A stretch of 64,000 bases of DNA, from NCBI RefSeq assembly GCF_009914755.1, contig NC_060932.1. One strand, written 5' to 3'. Under the pieces are notes generated by a model, which was not told the origin of the DNA, ran no database searches, and saw nothing but the letters and a program-made list of their open reading frames with translations. This DNA comes from the human T2T-CHM13v2.0 reference genome, Homo sapiens. The position numbers and the translations under genes are program-made. Below are positions 11,852 through 27,410 of this stretch, one piece after another; position 1 is the first letter of the stretch; the number at the start of each line of letters is the position of its first letter.

Positions 11852-12179
11852 TTACAGGTCATGATAAACTGCCTCTCCCTACTCATCGCATTTTTGCTTA
11901 TGATAATTTCAGTCATTTTGTGTGTTTTTTGTTAAGGAGTCCTGCTATTATTCAGAAAATGGCTGAAGTTATAGGTCTCTCATGTGGATAACATTTCAAG
12001 TAATGGGATGACTCTACATTTTAATTAAACTCTCTAGTGTTTAGTTTTATAAATGCATATGCTTGTTTACATTTGGCTATGCAAAATTTCTTTTAAGGTT
12101 AGAAACGTCAAGAATTTATCATATCTTTTTCAAACCAATACATATACCCATTCACTTTTTGAAAGAATATGCCTTGAAT

Positions 12180-12600
12180 GCCACTATATACTTGGCATTG
12201 AGATTCACTGGTGAATAGAACTTAGTCCCTGCCTGCATGGTGCTTACTGTGTGTGTGTTGGGGGTGGGGGAAAAGGGGCAGGCTTGTTGACACTAAATCA
12301 ACAAAAAAGTAAACATATATTTAATTAGATGATGATAAGTGCTATGAAGGAAAGCAAAACCAGCTGGAGGGATTGAGAATAATGGGGAGGTCTTTTGTAT
12401 AGGGTGATCATGGACAGCTTCTCCAATGAGGTGAGCTTTGAGTGGAGGCCTGAGTGAAGTGAGGGATCAAGCCCTAAGATACCTGGGGTAAGAATGTTAC
12501 AGGCAGGTGGAAGAGCAAGTGCCAGGGCCCTGAGGTGAGAGTGTGGTTAGCATGGTCTAGGACCAGAAAGGAGCTCTGTGTGGGTGAATCGGAGTCAGAG
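12180..12600 (-). mobile_element. L2 fragment
   Basis: gtccctgcctgcatggtgcttac...gaggtgagctttgagtggaggcctgagtgaagtgaggga...gcaagtgccagggccctgagg. Confidence 0.7.
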
Positions 12601-13742
12601 ATAATGGCACCATCAAATAAATTAACATGATCAGTTCTCTACTTAATAATCTGGACAGTTGCACACTCAAAACAGTCAAAATTATTCTTGTAAGTGGTCT
12701 TGGTAATCAAGAGATAGTAATACCTAAGGAGTAAATGATGAACCTTCAGTCTTGTTTCTTTCCCTGAGTATCACCAGCTTAATGTTGAGGGGTCCAGAGT
12801 TCTGTTCCCTACAATGGATTAAATCTTGTACACTCCTTGATTCAGAGATGAATAAGTGCACACACTCTGGAGGATCCCTGGGGATTGAAACTAAAGAGAG
12901 ACAAAGTACAGATAGTGTTTCCTCAGACACGCCCACCTCCCTAAAACTTGTAGTGTAACCTACTACCTTCAGCTACCATCTCCACTCCTTAACATTAGGC
13001 TTGTGCAAGGTAAAATTTGCCCTTGCTGCCTTCCTCTTGCTCTTGTTCAGTTTCTATAAACTATATCCATCAGAAAACATGGATTTGTCCACTGTGTCTG
13101 GAGGAACACTGCATAGCATGTGCTTTAGTGAGTTTCCCATTTTCAATGAAGTAAACTGACATACAGGCAAAGTTAACCTAACTGAAAAACAAGTTGTAGA
13201 TGATGCACATGCTTAAAAATAGGAATCTCCACAGGAATTTCTAAAATCATTGCATCTTAAACTCACCTGAGTTTAAAACATATAAAATATCATCTGAGGC
13301 ACCCTGGGTCCCAACCCAGCAGTGTTGAATCAGATTCTCCAGGCGAGAGCACAGGGAATTTCCATCTAAACAATGTTCCAGGCATTATAATTGCCTTAAA
13401 TAGGGCAACACTGCTTCAAATTAAACTTAATGTTAGTTTACATAATAGATGCAATTTATATGCAACTTTTCAGGTGTATATCCAATGTGTAAGTGAAAGA
13501 AATCTGTGGACTTTTACTTTATGCTACCTTGGATGAACAGCTTCAGATATGATTTTAACATGGATATAAGACTTCTTAGGCCTGCCCTAGATGTTGTTTG
13601 CTTTCATTGTTTTGCTGAACTGCTGCTTCTGGAAGAAAGGGGTCTTTTTGAAGGGGAATATGTTTCCAGAGCTGCAAAAGAACTGATTTGAAGTGATGTC
13701 ACCCACATGGGCCTCCATCAGGCCTGCCAAAGGTCTAGCTAG

Positions 13743-14116
<374 letters not shown>

Positions 14117-14480
14117 TGAGGACTGTTGTTTCACTGAATTCAGATTCTATTTTGTAGCGCAAAGTCAAAGGTAAAGAGCTCTAGTTTGATGCTGGTCTCT
14201 GGTGAAATGATTTGATAGGATGATGATTGCAGTTTCATTTCTAAGGCTCATGGTAGCTTGAAGTATTACTCTGATAAGATGGTACTAGATCTTCTGTTGG
14301 CCTACAGCGAGGGTCTGTTTTAAACTGACTGCAGGGTCTGGGCCATTCAAATGATCCCAGTGCCACCTGACTTAAGGGAGATTAGGAGTAAGTATTAGAG
14401 CAATCAATGAAAAGCTATGTCTAGCAATTTCTACTAGGCTCAGGAAAGTAAAAGGAGAATTTAGAAAAGTAGTTGGATAA

Positions 14481-14788
<308 letters not shown>

Positions 14789-15482
14789 TCAAACATACAC
14801 AGAAGCATTTAAACAACATTAACAGTACCCAATCACCTGAAGAAGTGTTTGTTTCAAATGTACAGAAGATTCAAATCAGATTTTTTGGATGTTAGGTTGT
14901 TAAATTTACTTTTTAAAAAGTTTTAGATAATTCAGGCAACTGCCTCAGTTCCTCTTTATGGCTTATGGTCTAACTATAGACATACGTTTCTGGTTAAAAA
15001 ATTAACTATGGTTACATAGTATTTTTCCCCTTCCTTACTTCCTCCCTTATTTAAACTAACATTTTCTTCTTGTTCCCTCCTTCCCTTCTTTCCTTCCTTG
15101 GTTTGTCTCCCTAATGTCACTTTCCTGGGTTTTTTTTCCTCCCATATTAACTTGGTGAGAACTGCACAGCTTCTGCACATAGAGATAACGGTGAGTCTGA
15201 TTTTAGGTGCTGCTATAGTTAGTGAACTTTGCTGCATTCTTTCAGTATTTACAGCATCAGCAGCCCATCCTTGTTACCTGGGCCAAGAGGTAAGATCATT
15301 GCAGCAGATGATGTCAACTAGGTTTAACCTTGGAAAAATTTGAAGTCATTTTTAGTATAAGAAAAGCCTTACCCTAAGTTAGAGTTCTCACTCATGATCC
15401 CTGGCATTCACTAGGGTACTGATACTCTCTTCCTTTTAAAGAGGTTTTCAATGACTCTTGTTCAATTATAAAAACTAGGCCT

Positions 15483-15829
15483 GGCCAGGCGCGGTGGCTC
15501 ATGCCTGTAATCCCAGCACTTTGGGAAGCCGAGGCAGGCAGATCATGAGGTAAGGAGTTCGATATCAGTCTGGCCAATATGGTGAAACCCCGTCTTTAGT
15601 AATAACACAAAAATTAGCCAGGCATGGTGGCACGTGCCTGTACTCCCAGCTACTCAGGAGGCTGAGGCAGGAGAATCGCTTGAACACAGGAGGTGGAGGT
15701 TGCAGTGAACCAAGATCGCACCACTGCACTCCAGCCTCACTCCAGAGTGAGACTCTGTCTCAGAAAAAAACAACCAACCAACCAAACAAGAAATAAAAAC
15801 AAACAAACAAAAAACAACAACAAAAAAAA
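15483..15829 (+). mobile_element. AluS with TSD aaaactaggcct
   Basis: Full dimer with expanded AAC-rich tail. Confidence 0.92.
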
Positions 15830-16205
15830 CTAGGCCTAACCTGAAAAAGGGTAGTGATTGGTTTGGCAAACTTGTCCAGGGAAAATTCCTTAATGAGCAG
15901 CAACAGGCTGGATAGGAATTTTTGCTTTGGCCCAGGAGGACTGGTGGGTTGCTTAGTAACAACAACATGTACCTGGGAGTCCCTCAGATAGCTTCACTGG
16001 TCTTCAAATTTAGGCCTCCAAATTTCAGATTCACCCTACCATCTACCTGCCTGCATAGTTTCTTCCTTTGGATTAATTCAGGCTCTTCAGATCAGTTTTG
16101 TTTATTTTTCCATTACCAGGAGAGCACATTTTATGTTGTAAGTTTCTTATAATGGTAAATGGTAAACTGTATTATAATAGGTAATAACAAAAGTGTATAT
16201 ATATA

Positions 16206-16497
16206 TTTTTTTGAGTTGGAGTTTTGCTCTTGTTGCCCAGGCTGGAGTACAATGGCACGATCTCGGCTCACTGCAACCTCCGCCTCCTAGGTTCAAGCAG
16301 TTCTCCTACCTCAGCCTCCTGAGTAGCTGGGACTATAGGTGTGCGCCACTATGCCCGGCTAATTTTTTGGTATTTTTAGTAGAGACGGAGTTTCGCCATT
16401 TTGGCCAGTCTTGTCTCGAACTCCTGACCTCAGGTGATCCATTCACCTTGGCCTCCCAAAGTGCTAGGATTACAGGCATGAACCACCACGCCCGACC
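16206..16497 (-). mobile_element. AluS
   Basis: Minus-strand dimer. Confidence 0.92.
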
Positions 16498-18409
16498 GAA
16501 AGTGTGTTTTATGCTGTAAGTTTCTTACTGGAAATGGTAAAAAAAAAAGTACTGGATTATAATGGGTTAAGTGGGATAGAAATAAGAAAGCATTCCTTTG
16601 GGGATCTCTACCTCCCATCCCCAATTATACTGGGAAAAGAGAAGTGTTTCAGCTTCATGAGTTTTGGTGAGCAGTAGTAATATTATTTGTAAAAAGAGCA
16701 CCTTTTGATTTGCCACATACAATACTAATCAAATAACACATTTTAAGAATTCTTATAGGAAGTGCTAGAAAAGCTGGTGCATTTCAGGAGATTTCAATGT
16801 ATATTTTGAAAATAAGTCAGGGTTCTGGAGGTTGTTCATGCATTTGAATGGGCATTCAGTGGAAAGCAATCAATGCCTGTGGTAGATGAAGTACCTTATT
16901 TTACTTTGTAATGAACATGGCAATGAACTTTGTGGGGAGCACTTCACTTTCACTCCCAAGGAAATGCTTCCTTTACAAGTGTGAATGCAGATACCCTCCG
17001 GAACAGAAACGGAAAGCAAGAATTGCTTGTGGCTTCTCTTTATTTTGGCGCCAGCCTTTCATCTGAACTCTGAATATACAAATATAACTAACCCTGAGAG
17101 CCAGAGTCCCTTCTTTTTTAAGGCCCATGAATTTAGATCAGGGTTTTAGGAGACAAGGAAAGGCTGAAGTGAAGGAGAGAGGAGTGGAGAAAGGAGAGGA
17201 CAGAAGGGAGCAGGAAGAAACTGCTTAACTACTGTTAAGTTGCCAGTGTTTTCTCAGTGGAGTGTGAGCGGCCAGCAGGGGCTGCTGCCGGGGCCTAGGG
17301 TGCGACAGCATGTGGCTGTTTGGCCTCCTAGATAATTGGTTTTGGTTTTAATTTGCAATCTAGAATCCTAGAGCTAGAAAGAGCCTTAGGGATCATCCAA
17401 ATGCATCGTAGGGCATGTGAGTGAGCAAGTATAGGATTTTGATCTAAAAGCCTGGATTGAGAAGAAATGTAAGAAGAAATCTTACATTTTTTCTTCTGTG
17501 TTTCATTTTGGGATTCTAAGTATAAATTGAAAATTTGGAGTTTTGATTAGTTTGAAAAAACATGCTTTTTTTTTTTAAGAAAGATTGAGAGCAAGATTAG
17601 CACTGCATGTTTACTTCTTAAACCATGAACGTGAGTCTGTGAAATACCTGGTTAAGATTCTGATACCATTACTGGGGAGTTAAAATTGACTTTTCTTCCC
17701 ACACTCACCCCAAATCATTGTTTTTTGGTTCTCAGTTCAGTGAGTCCCATAAAATAACTGCCTTCTGTACTTCTTGGATCTAACTTTTCAAAGAAACAAG
17801 GAACAAAGGTAGCTTTTGCCTCTTTCCTGCATTGCCAATAAGATAATTAACATAAGATCAGAAGATTCTTCTTTCATTATTTTTCATCTGTAAAATGGAA
17901 TTGAACTAAATGATCTCCGTGAATAATTACCTGCTCCTATATTCTGTGTCTCATTTTCTCCCTCCAGAGGGGTCTGGGCTGGTGGTGGCTCACAGCAGGG
18001 GCCATGAACATTAGCAAGACAGGAGGTTACAGGCACAGTGGGACCTGCTTCTGCTCCCAAGCCCCCTCACCTCCTTCACCAAAATCAACGGTGGTCTGAT
18101 TCAGATGGCAGACTTTTGGAAGGCAGGAGGAATTCAGAGGATCACATGGAATTCAGAAGGGCAGCAAGGCAGTGAAATCAATGGTTTAACTAGCGGACTC
18201 CCGCACAGCCTTGCTGGGATGGTAGAAAAGTGGTACAAGAAAATCAGATAAAATGGGCTGGCAGGGACGCTGAGAACTTCTTCCCAGAGACAGCCCAGGA
18301 AGTGTTCATTCTGGCAGGCTCATGGAGTGAGAGTGAGGCAATATAAGAATGAATGGAACATTGACTAAAATTTAGTAAGCTGAAAACCTTAAGTAGGTGA
18401 AAGGGATGA

Positions 18410-18555
18410 CCTCCTCCTCCTCCTCCTCCTCCTCTTCCTCCTATTCTTTCTCCTCTTCCTCCTCTTCCTTTTCCTCATCCTCTTTCTTCTCCTTCTCTTC
18501 TTCTCTGTCCCCTTCTCCTTCTTTTTTTTCTTTCTCCCCCTTCTCCCTTTCCCTA
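18410..18555. repeat. (TCC)n / CT-rich polypyrimidine tract
   Basis: Nearly purine-free on + strand. Confidence 0.9.
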
Positions 18556-18949
18556 TTACTCCTTTTAATAAAATGTAATTCACAGACACCCACTGTCAAA
18601 AAATATTGCCAAGTGAATAGTTTAGTAAATGTTCAGAAGAGATTTCAAATAATATAAGGATAAGAATAGCAGCCGCAGTTTCACTTCAAGGATAAGGTAA
18701 TATATTATTTCACTTCAGGGCACACAATGATCATTTATTTAGGTCGGGAATAAAATCTCCTCTGGTATCCTACTGTGTTATAGAATTTAAAAGTCTCTGA
18801 AGTCGACTTTTTCTGAAGTCAATTGCCCCTGAAAGGTTCTCATGTTGGAGGGAATTTTGATTAGGTCACAGGACATTTATGTTTCCTCTGCAAACTAGGA
18901 TTTTTAAGTTGCTCTGGAGTCCTGGTGTATACTTTTAAGAATATGTGTA

Positions 18950-19650
18950 TCTTACATATTTTGGAAAATAATTTTAAAAAGAACAAATACCTCAATAGAA
19001 AGGTGGTCAAAGAGCATGAGTAGACAATTAGTAAAAGCTGTATAAGTGGCTAATAAAGACAGAAAATAATATTAGCTGTAAGCTGTATTAGTGATAAGAA
19101 AATACAGATGATATAACAGAGATATTCTAAGTTTCTCTGTCAAAGTGGCTAAAATTAACAAAACCGGGTTCGGGTAAAATATATTTTTGGAGTATTATAA
19201 TTTATCATAAACTTTCTGGAAGGCAGTTTGGCAAAACTGGTTGAAATGGGTCTACCCATTGATAACTAAATTCCAGTTTCAGGGATTTGTCTTAAAGACA
19301 TAACTAAAGATATAAAGTGCCACATGATTTTTAAAAGTGAAAAATCAGTATAACCCTAAAAGCCTGGCTATCAAGGGTTGGTTTAGTAAATCATGGTTTA
19401 GTGAGATGATGGGACACTATGCAAGCATTACACATCACATTAATGAAAAAATCCTTAATGATAAGAGAAAGTGTTCATGATGTATTATATCAGAATGTTT
19501 ATAGGCATAAAAAGATGAAGAATAAAGAATTCAGAAAAAACACAAAAAGTTAACAGTGGTTTTCTCTCTTAAGTATAAAATAAAGGTACTTTTTTGTCTG
19601 TTAGTGTTTCTCTGTGTTTTCCTATTGTGCTGATGTGAGCTTGCACTGCT
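18950..19650 (+). mobile_element. Old L1M 3' fragment
   Basis: L1 3'-end-like phrases (actttctggaaggcagtttggca, taaatcatggt, gttaacagtggtt). Confidence 0.65.
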
Positions 19651-20978
19651 TTTGTAATTAAGGATAAATTTTATTTATGCATTTATGTATTTATGTATGT
19701 ATGTATTTAAAAAAATTAAAGGTTGTATATAAAAATAGTTATTAAGTGGAGACACTTAAGAATAATACACACTTCTCTAAATAAAACGGAAAAGCCTACT
19801 TGCTGCTTGCTTGTTGCAGGTAGAATTGACCCGATCCCCTGCAGAAATCCCTGCCCTCTCCTCTCTGTCCCAGGAATGCCACGCTGCCCTTCACGCTGGC
19901 ATGCTGCCTGTCGGTTCTGTGCTATTCCTTAGTGACCTGTAGATTCATTATCTGTGTCGCCACAACCTTGTCCTTTTAGATTTGCATATGTGTTAAGTCC
20001 AATCATTAAATCCAGTGATTTTTCAAAATAGCAAAAGTAGGTGTATAAGTTTCCAACATGTGTATAATTTGAAGCTGAGTAATGACTAAGAATGAAAGAA
20101 ACTCAGTTTGTTCCACTCAGTGGGCTGCATGTGCCTATGGAGTTTCACTTGAAGCAAACTCTCTCGAGGCAAACCTGCTGGCCTCACCACCTCAGACCCC
20201 GCCTGAATGTTCATGGGAGAGACTTGGTGTTGGGTCCAGTTTTGAGCTTTTTTGAAGGGACAGGGAGAGCCTGGAATATGACTTCCTTTAAAAACAAAAG
20301 GTAGTTGTAGGCAAGGTCGGGTTTTTTTTTTGTATTTTCTAGAATAAAAATTTATATTTTTTTTAGAGTATAGACTTGCTTCTCCCTGGAGGGCCACACA
20401 GTGACTCATCTGACTGCTTCTGCAAGCTGGTGCATAGATCATGCCAGACCAGCTTGGGTCTGCTAGTTAAGCTGCAGGAGATTGCATCATAGGATTTACT
20501 GCACGCGTCTTTAATGGAAGTGTTGTCGCCAACGTGAACTTCTTTGCTTATCAACCTATCCAAGAAGCATCCACAGCAGGGAACAAAAAGTACCTGATGG
20601 GAACTTGCTGGGGAAACTGGCCTCCCAGAGTCACTGAAGTTGCCAACATTGCATTAGGAAAAAAAAAAAAAAAAGAGGAGGCTAAAAATACAACAACAAA
20701 AAAAAGGTGGAAATGAACTTTTGTAAAATGTGAGCAAAACCAAAGCAATCTTCGGCTGCGGAATAAACACAGAGGTGGTGAAACAGGAACTAGTAGGTAT
20801 ACATTTTGGCCGTGTGCTCAAAAGTGAATTTGCAATTGCCCCTTCTCTCCCACTCCCAACTGGCCCTCCCCTCCCCCATCCTTTTCTTCATATTGTATAG
20901 AAATTCTTCAAACCTCAAATACTATATCTAATATTTTTAAAAAATCATGATGTTCTTCGGATGTTAAAAGTCTAAATG

Positions 20979-21282
<304 letters not shown>

Positions 21283-23434
21283 CAGTGTAAATAAAGGCAC
21301 CTATCCTTACGGGGCTTGTGGGAGGGTTGAGGGAAGGACTACAGTCTCCTTTTATCTTGTGTTTATCTTTAGTTTTAGCAAACATTCTATAAGGTATGTT
21401 TTGTATCATATTCAGCCACATGAAAAACACAAATTTGCATTTCGATTTTGTTCACAAAATTTGGGACACAAGTCGTTTATCACTTTTAACATCCTGAAGT
21501 TGAACTGGTGCAGCAGTAGTATCGTTATGCTTGTTAGCCTTCATAATCCTTCCTAAGCAATAAAATACCCATGTGGTCGAATCCCAGGACACGTTGAATT
21601 ACAAGCTCCAAGTTTTTCCGCTGCAGCGTATCCAAGTGTGCTTGGAAAGAAGAACAAAATTAAACATGCTATTTAGAGCTTTCAGGGCTAACTAGATTTT
21701 GATGTTGTCATTGTAGCAAATAGTTCTAGAGTGTGGAAGAAGTTGAAAATGTTTTTATGATACAGAGATTTTTATTGTACTGCATATTTAATGAATTATT
21801 TTATAAATTGCTGTTGTGAAGCATTTGTGAATGACCTGCCTCCTAGCTTTCAATGCTATTGCCCAGGCTGACTTTTATTGCAACTGTTTTATGATACAGT
21901 TTTGCATTGTATGTGTTTACTTTTTAAAGAAGCATTTCCTGGGAGGTTTCTTTTTCTGGTTATGAAAATAATATATGCTTATGGGGAAAAATTGGAAAAT
22001 AGAAACAAGTATCTAGAAGAAAAATCACTCATAATTCCAGCACCCTGTTAATACTTTGTCTTTTCTTACAGTTTCTAATATGTGCATGCATAGTATATCA
22101 ATGTGGTTTTACAAAGAGTGTGCAAATTATGATTCTCTTTTTTACATCATTCATGCCATTCTGCATTTTCCACTTAATACTATACTATTGGTACTTTACC
22201 AATCCCTTAAGTATTCTCCTACATAGCATTTAAAGGTGAAATCTACCACCTCCTATTTTTAATATTTATGTTGTTTTGACTTTTCAGTATAATAAATCAT
22301 GTTTATATGTAAAGGTTTTTATCTCCGGTTATTACTGTAGAATAGATTTCTGGAAGTATAAGAACAGGAGACATAAATATTTTTAGGTCATTGATACATA
22401 ATTTGAAAATGACTCCTAGAAAGATTTTAACAATTTGTGTTCTACCAACAGTGTTTGAGGGTGTCTTTTTCTCATTGTCTCACCAGTAAATGACAATTGT
22501 AATTTGTTTATTTGCAAGGCAAAAAAAAAAAAAAATTGCAATTTGATAGTTAAAGAGATTAAACATTTTCTCAGATTTTTATTTTGTAATTTGTATTTCT
22601 TTTTAGTGAAGCTCTTGCTTTTACCCTGGCTACTACCTATGATTGTGTTATGTTCTGGAGGAGAGGGAACTTGGCTGAGGGGGACTTTGGGGCTGAGATC
22701 CAGCTGTGCTCCCCTCTGGCGTCTACCCAAAGTTGTACCTTCCAACATTTGTACAGTTGCACCCTATGGGCTAACAGAGGCCTGTTCTTATTTTTCATTT
22801 ATTAAAAAATAAATTGAGATACTCATATTTTTATCATTGACTTGTGAGAGCTCTTTTTGCACCTAAAACTATTAACCCTTTTGTTAAAATCCTGGCTATC
22901 ATTTCAACTTGTTACTTTAATTTCAAGATTTAAAAAATGTTCAGAGGTTTAAATTTTTAAATGTCAAATATTTTGGTCTTATGTATGTGTGAGTACTTTC
23001 ATTCCTTTCACATATGGAAAGCTTGAGATTAATCTATGGATTTTACTCATTAAATTTTTTTCTTTCATTTTACCCTTTTTTTAGTGTTATTTAAAATATT
23101 CTATAAGAGGTAGTTAATTTATACTTAAATGTAAAAGTATCAGAAAATAACACTTTTCTACCACTCAGAGATGTTAATACTGTTAACAATTTGAAATCTA
23201 TATTTTTACTCCCTTTTCTGTGCATGTATATACAATTACACTATGTATGAAAAGATAAGATAGTGATTTATATACTGTTTAGTAACATTTTTTAAATTGA
23301 TACTTATTACAGATAGCTTTCCACGACAATAAATATTTTTAATGGCCCAATAGTTTTACACTGGGTAAAAATATCCAAATTAACCATTTCTCCTTTGTTG
23401 TATATTTAGATTTTTCCCTGTTTTTTACTACTAA

Positions 23435-23773
<339 letters not shown>

Positions 23774-24769
23774 TGAATGATTATCCTTATCACTAAATTT
23801 TGCACACTTCTTAGTTATTTCTTTGAAATACATTCCAATGAATAGAAATTCCTAATCAAAAGGTACGCACTTTTTGAAGACATTTGGTTCATATTTCCAA
23901 ATTGCCATCCATATATTTTCTCCTAATTAACACTCCCACCAATGGTGTATCTGAGAGTAGAATTCCACATTCCGTCTCTAACAATGCATATTATAATCCT
24001 CTCTTTAGTCTTTGCCAATTTGGTAGATTAAAAATGGTACTTGTTCTGAATTGCATTTCTTTCCATTTACTCAGGTTTTTTTTTTTTTTTCATCACGGGA
24101 GAGCTTTATCTTTGTTTGCTTTAAATATATAGAGAGTATTTTGAGATCTTGAAAGTGCTTAGGGTTTTGTACAGAGTTCAGCTGTAGAGCATTTATAGTC
24201 AGTAAAAAAGAGTTTGTTAGCAGAGTGTGGAGCCATGATCTCTTCTCTCAGTACGTCATTGGGTCTGAGAACAATCCCCAATTCACAGCCCTCATTCCTT
24301 TGCCAATGAAAGCAGTGACTCAGATCAGCATTTAAAGTCCCCTGATCAATGACCACAAATTCAAGGTACCTAGTCAAGGGTGAGTTCGGGATGAGTTCAG
24401 GATGAATACATCCAAACGACAACAAATGAGTGGTCACCACATAAGCCTATTTGACTATATGATTTATAGAGTGCCTATAGCCAGACACAAAGCTGGGCAC
24501 CAAGCTAAATGCAGAGACCCCAAAGATGAGACAGTTAGGTCAAGGTTTAAGATTGTAATTAGAAAAAACATAATTTAGGAAAAAAAAGCAATTGCACATT
24601 TACCTTCCATTCTTCAGATAATTAGTTGTGGGAAATGTGGAGGCAGGTCCAGAATGAGGCAAGACAGTGTGAGTCTTCAAATTTTGTACTTTTATTTCGA
24701 TTTCAAAGGTCTGCCACTATTTTTCATTTCTCAGGCTTGGTCAGGCTTTCATCCCTTCCCTGTTTGTTT

Positions 24770-24884
24770 GTTTTCCTTTCTTTCTTTCTTTCTCTCCTTC
24801 CTTCCTTCCTTCCTTCCTTCCTTCCTTCCTTCCTTCCTTCCTTCCTTTCTTTCTTTCTTTCTTTCTTTTTCTTTCTTTCTTTTC

Positions 24885-24929
<45 letters not shown>

Positions 24930-24966
24930 TTTCTTTCTTTCTCTCTCTCTCTTTCTTTCTTTCTTC

Positions 24967-25007
<41 letters not shown>
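24770..25007. repeat. Compound microsatellite (TTCC)n-(TTTC)n-(TC)n-(TG)~20
   Basis: Directly visible. Confidence 0.95.
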
Positions 25008-25011
<4 letters not shown>

Positions 25012-25744
25012 GGCCTATTAGTGGTTAAGAAACACTTTGGTTGTTTATCTAAATAGTAGGGCTATTTAAAATGAAGTCACTTTTCAAAGATAAGGCTCCA
25101 GGGCCCTGCAATTAAACTTCATATTAAAAACCTTTCCTAGAGCTGCGGGTTAAAACATCTGTCACATGCATGTTGCTTATAATGTTAAACATAACATCTG
25201 TGGAAAATGGCAATTTATGGAAGTAATTTGGTACTTTTCTAAACTGAGATACAACATTAAAACATGTAGGGCAATTAAGAATTTGTCTTAAAAGTGTTGA
25301 TGGCATTAGAGCCAGCTGCTTTAATCAGGAGCTCATTATCTGGTTTGTGAATTATTGAGGCTATTTTCTTCAATTTTCCTCTTATGGTTAGCCTTTTAGA
25401 TATATATATATTTTTTCCTCTACAAATCTTGCAGAGAGGGCATGAACAGAAAAATTCAGCTTAATTAGTTTGGCTACTGATTAAGGGGAAAACATACTTA
25501 ATTCTAGTAGAAGGTTAAACTTACTATTTTAAATACATTCTTAGATTATCTAGGATTTCATGTGACCCAAGCTATATCTTCTCCTACTTTTTTTTACAAA
25601 ATGTTCTTGAAGCTGTAAATATAAGAATTGCTTGATTAGGAAGTCAACCACTTGCAAGCAACAAATAATGGTTCTCCTCCATAAAACCTATAAAGCACTT
25701 AAGTAAATGAAGGGTAATCTTTAAGTAATTGGTTGTATTGCATA

Positions 25745-26058
25745 TTTTTATTTATTTATTTATTTATTTTGAGACAGGGTCTTACTCTGTTGCCTAGAGC
25801 AGAGTGCAGTGGTGTGATTTCGGCTCACTGCAGCCTTGACCTCCCAGGCCCAGATGATCTTCCCACCTCAACCTCTTGAGTAGCTGTAGCTGGAACTACA
25901 GGCTCACACCACCATGCCCAGCTGAATTTTGTATTTTTTGTAGAGATGGTGTTTCACCATGTTGCCCAGGCTGGTCTCGAACTCCTGGGCTCGAGTGATC
26001 AGCCCACCTCTGCCACCCAAAGTGGTGGGATTACAGGCATGAGCCACTGCAACTAGCC
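25745..26058 (-). mobile_element. AluJ
   Basis: (TTTA)n tail plus dimer. Confidence 0.9.
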
Positions 26059-26574
26059 ATATTTTTAATTTTTTGCAAACTAACTCTATAAGTATTTGTC
26101 CATGAGTTTTATGACTTTTTCAGTAAATATTTTAATGTCAGCAGAGCATTATATACAGTGGATTTATCATCATTGACTTACATTTAGGTTACATGTAGGT
26201 TGTTGCTAGAGTTTTCACTATTATAAAGTCATAATTCTATACAAATCCTTAGGCATAAAATCTTTCAAGATTTTTATATTCCTGAATTAAGGGCCAGTGA
26301 GCGAACAAAAAAGATTTTTAGATCATTTCCTAGAATGAATTTCTACAAGTAGAATTTCCTAGCTTAAAATTTACAAATATTAAAAAATATATGTTATTAC
26401 ACAATAACTATCAATTTAGTGAGAAAAAAGATAAACTTCCCTTTTATATTTCTCTCCTACCACTTTCAATAGAACTTTAACAATTTTTGTGGATATTCTT
26501 CCAGATGTTTTTCTAGGCATTGTACCACATATAAGTGCGCATGCATTTGAGAGTTTTAAAATTTTTCACTTGTC

Positions 26575-26925
<351 letters not shown>

Positions 26926-27180
26926 TTATGATTTTGATAGTTCCATATCAATAATACAGTCACTTCATTTTTTGGGTTGCATGATATTTCACATAAAGAA
27001 TATACAAGTGACTAAAGGACAAATTCATAGAAGCGGAACCTTTGGGGCAAAGGCTAAGCATATTGAAGCCTTTGATAGATTGCTCTCCAAAAATGCTACT
27101 TTAATTTATAATCCAATCAATAATGGTCAAATATGCTTATTGCTGCCTACCATCCCAGCAGTGCATCTTATCAGTCTTTT

Positions 27181-27410
27181 TCAACCTCCATCTCCTGGGT
27201 TCAAGTGATTCCTCAAGCGACGCCTCAGGCTCTCGAGTAGCTGGGACTACAGGCGTGTGCCACCACACCTGGCTAATTTTTGTATTTTTAATAGAGATGG
27301 GGTTTTGCCATGTTGGCCAAGCTGGTCTTGAACTCCTGACCTGGGGATCTGCCCGTTGCCTTGGCCTTCCAAAGTACTGGGATTATAGGCATGAGCCACT
27401 GTGCCCGGCC
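27181..27410 (-). mobile_element. Alu, lacking 3' end and tail
   Basis: Starts at caacctccatctcctgggttcaag and runs to the Alu 5' end. Confidence 0.88.

Noticed and set aside
18389-18657. Poly-Ser and poly-Lys/Arg ORFs (also 24626-25028, 30576-30896)
   Set aside because: Translations of microsatellite or low-complexity DNA
21500-21595. tRNA/Y-RNA-like look (ggtcgaatccc resembling a B-box)
   Set aside because: B-box lacks a base; no cloverleaf, A-box spacing or Y-RNA stem
21750-21900. Repeated tgtttt(t)atgatacag 135 bp apart
   Set aside because: Two AT-rich copies only, no array and no tail between them; likely an old local duplication or chance
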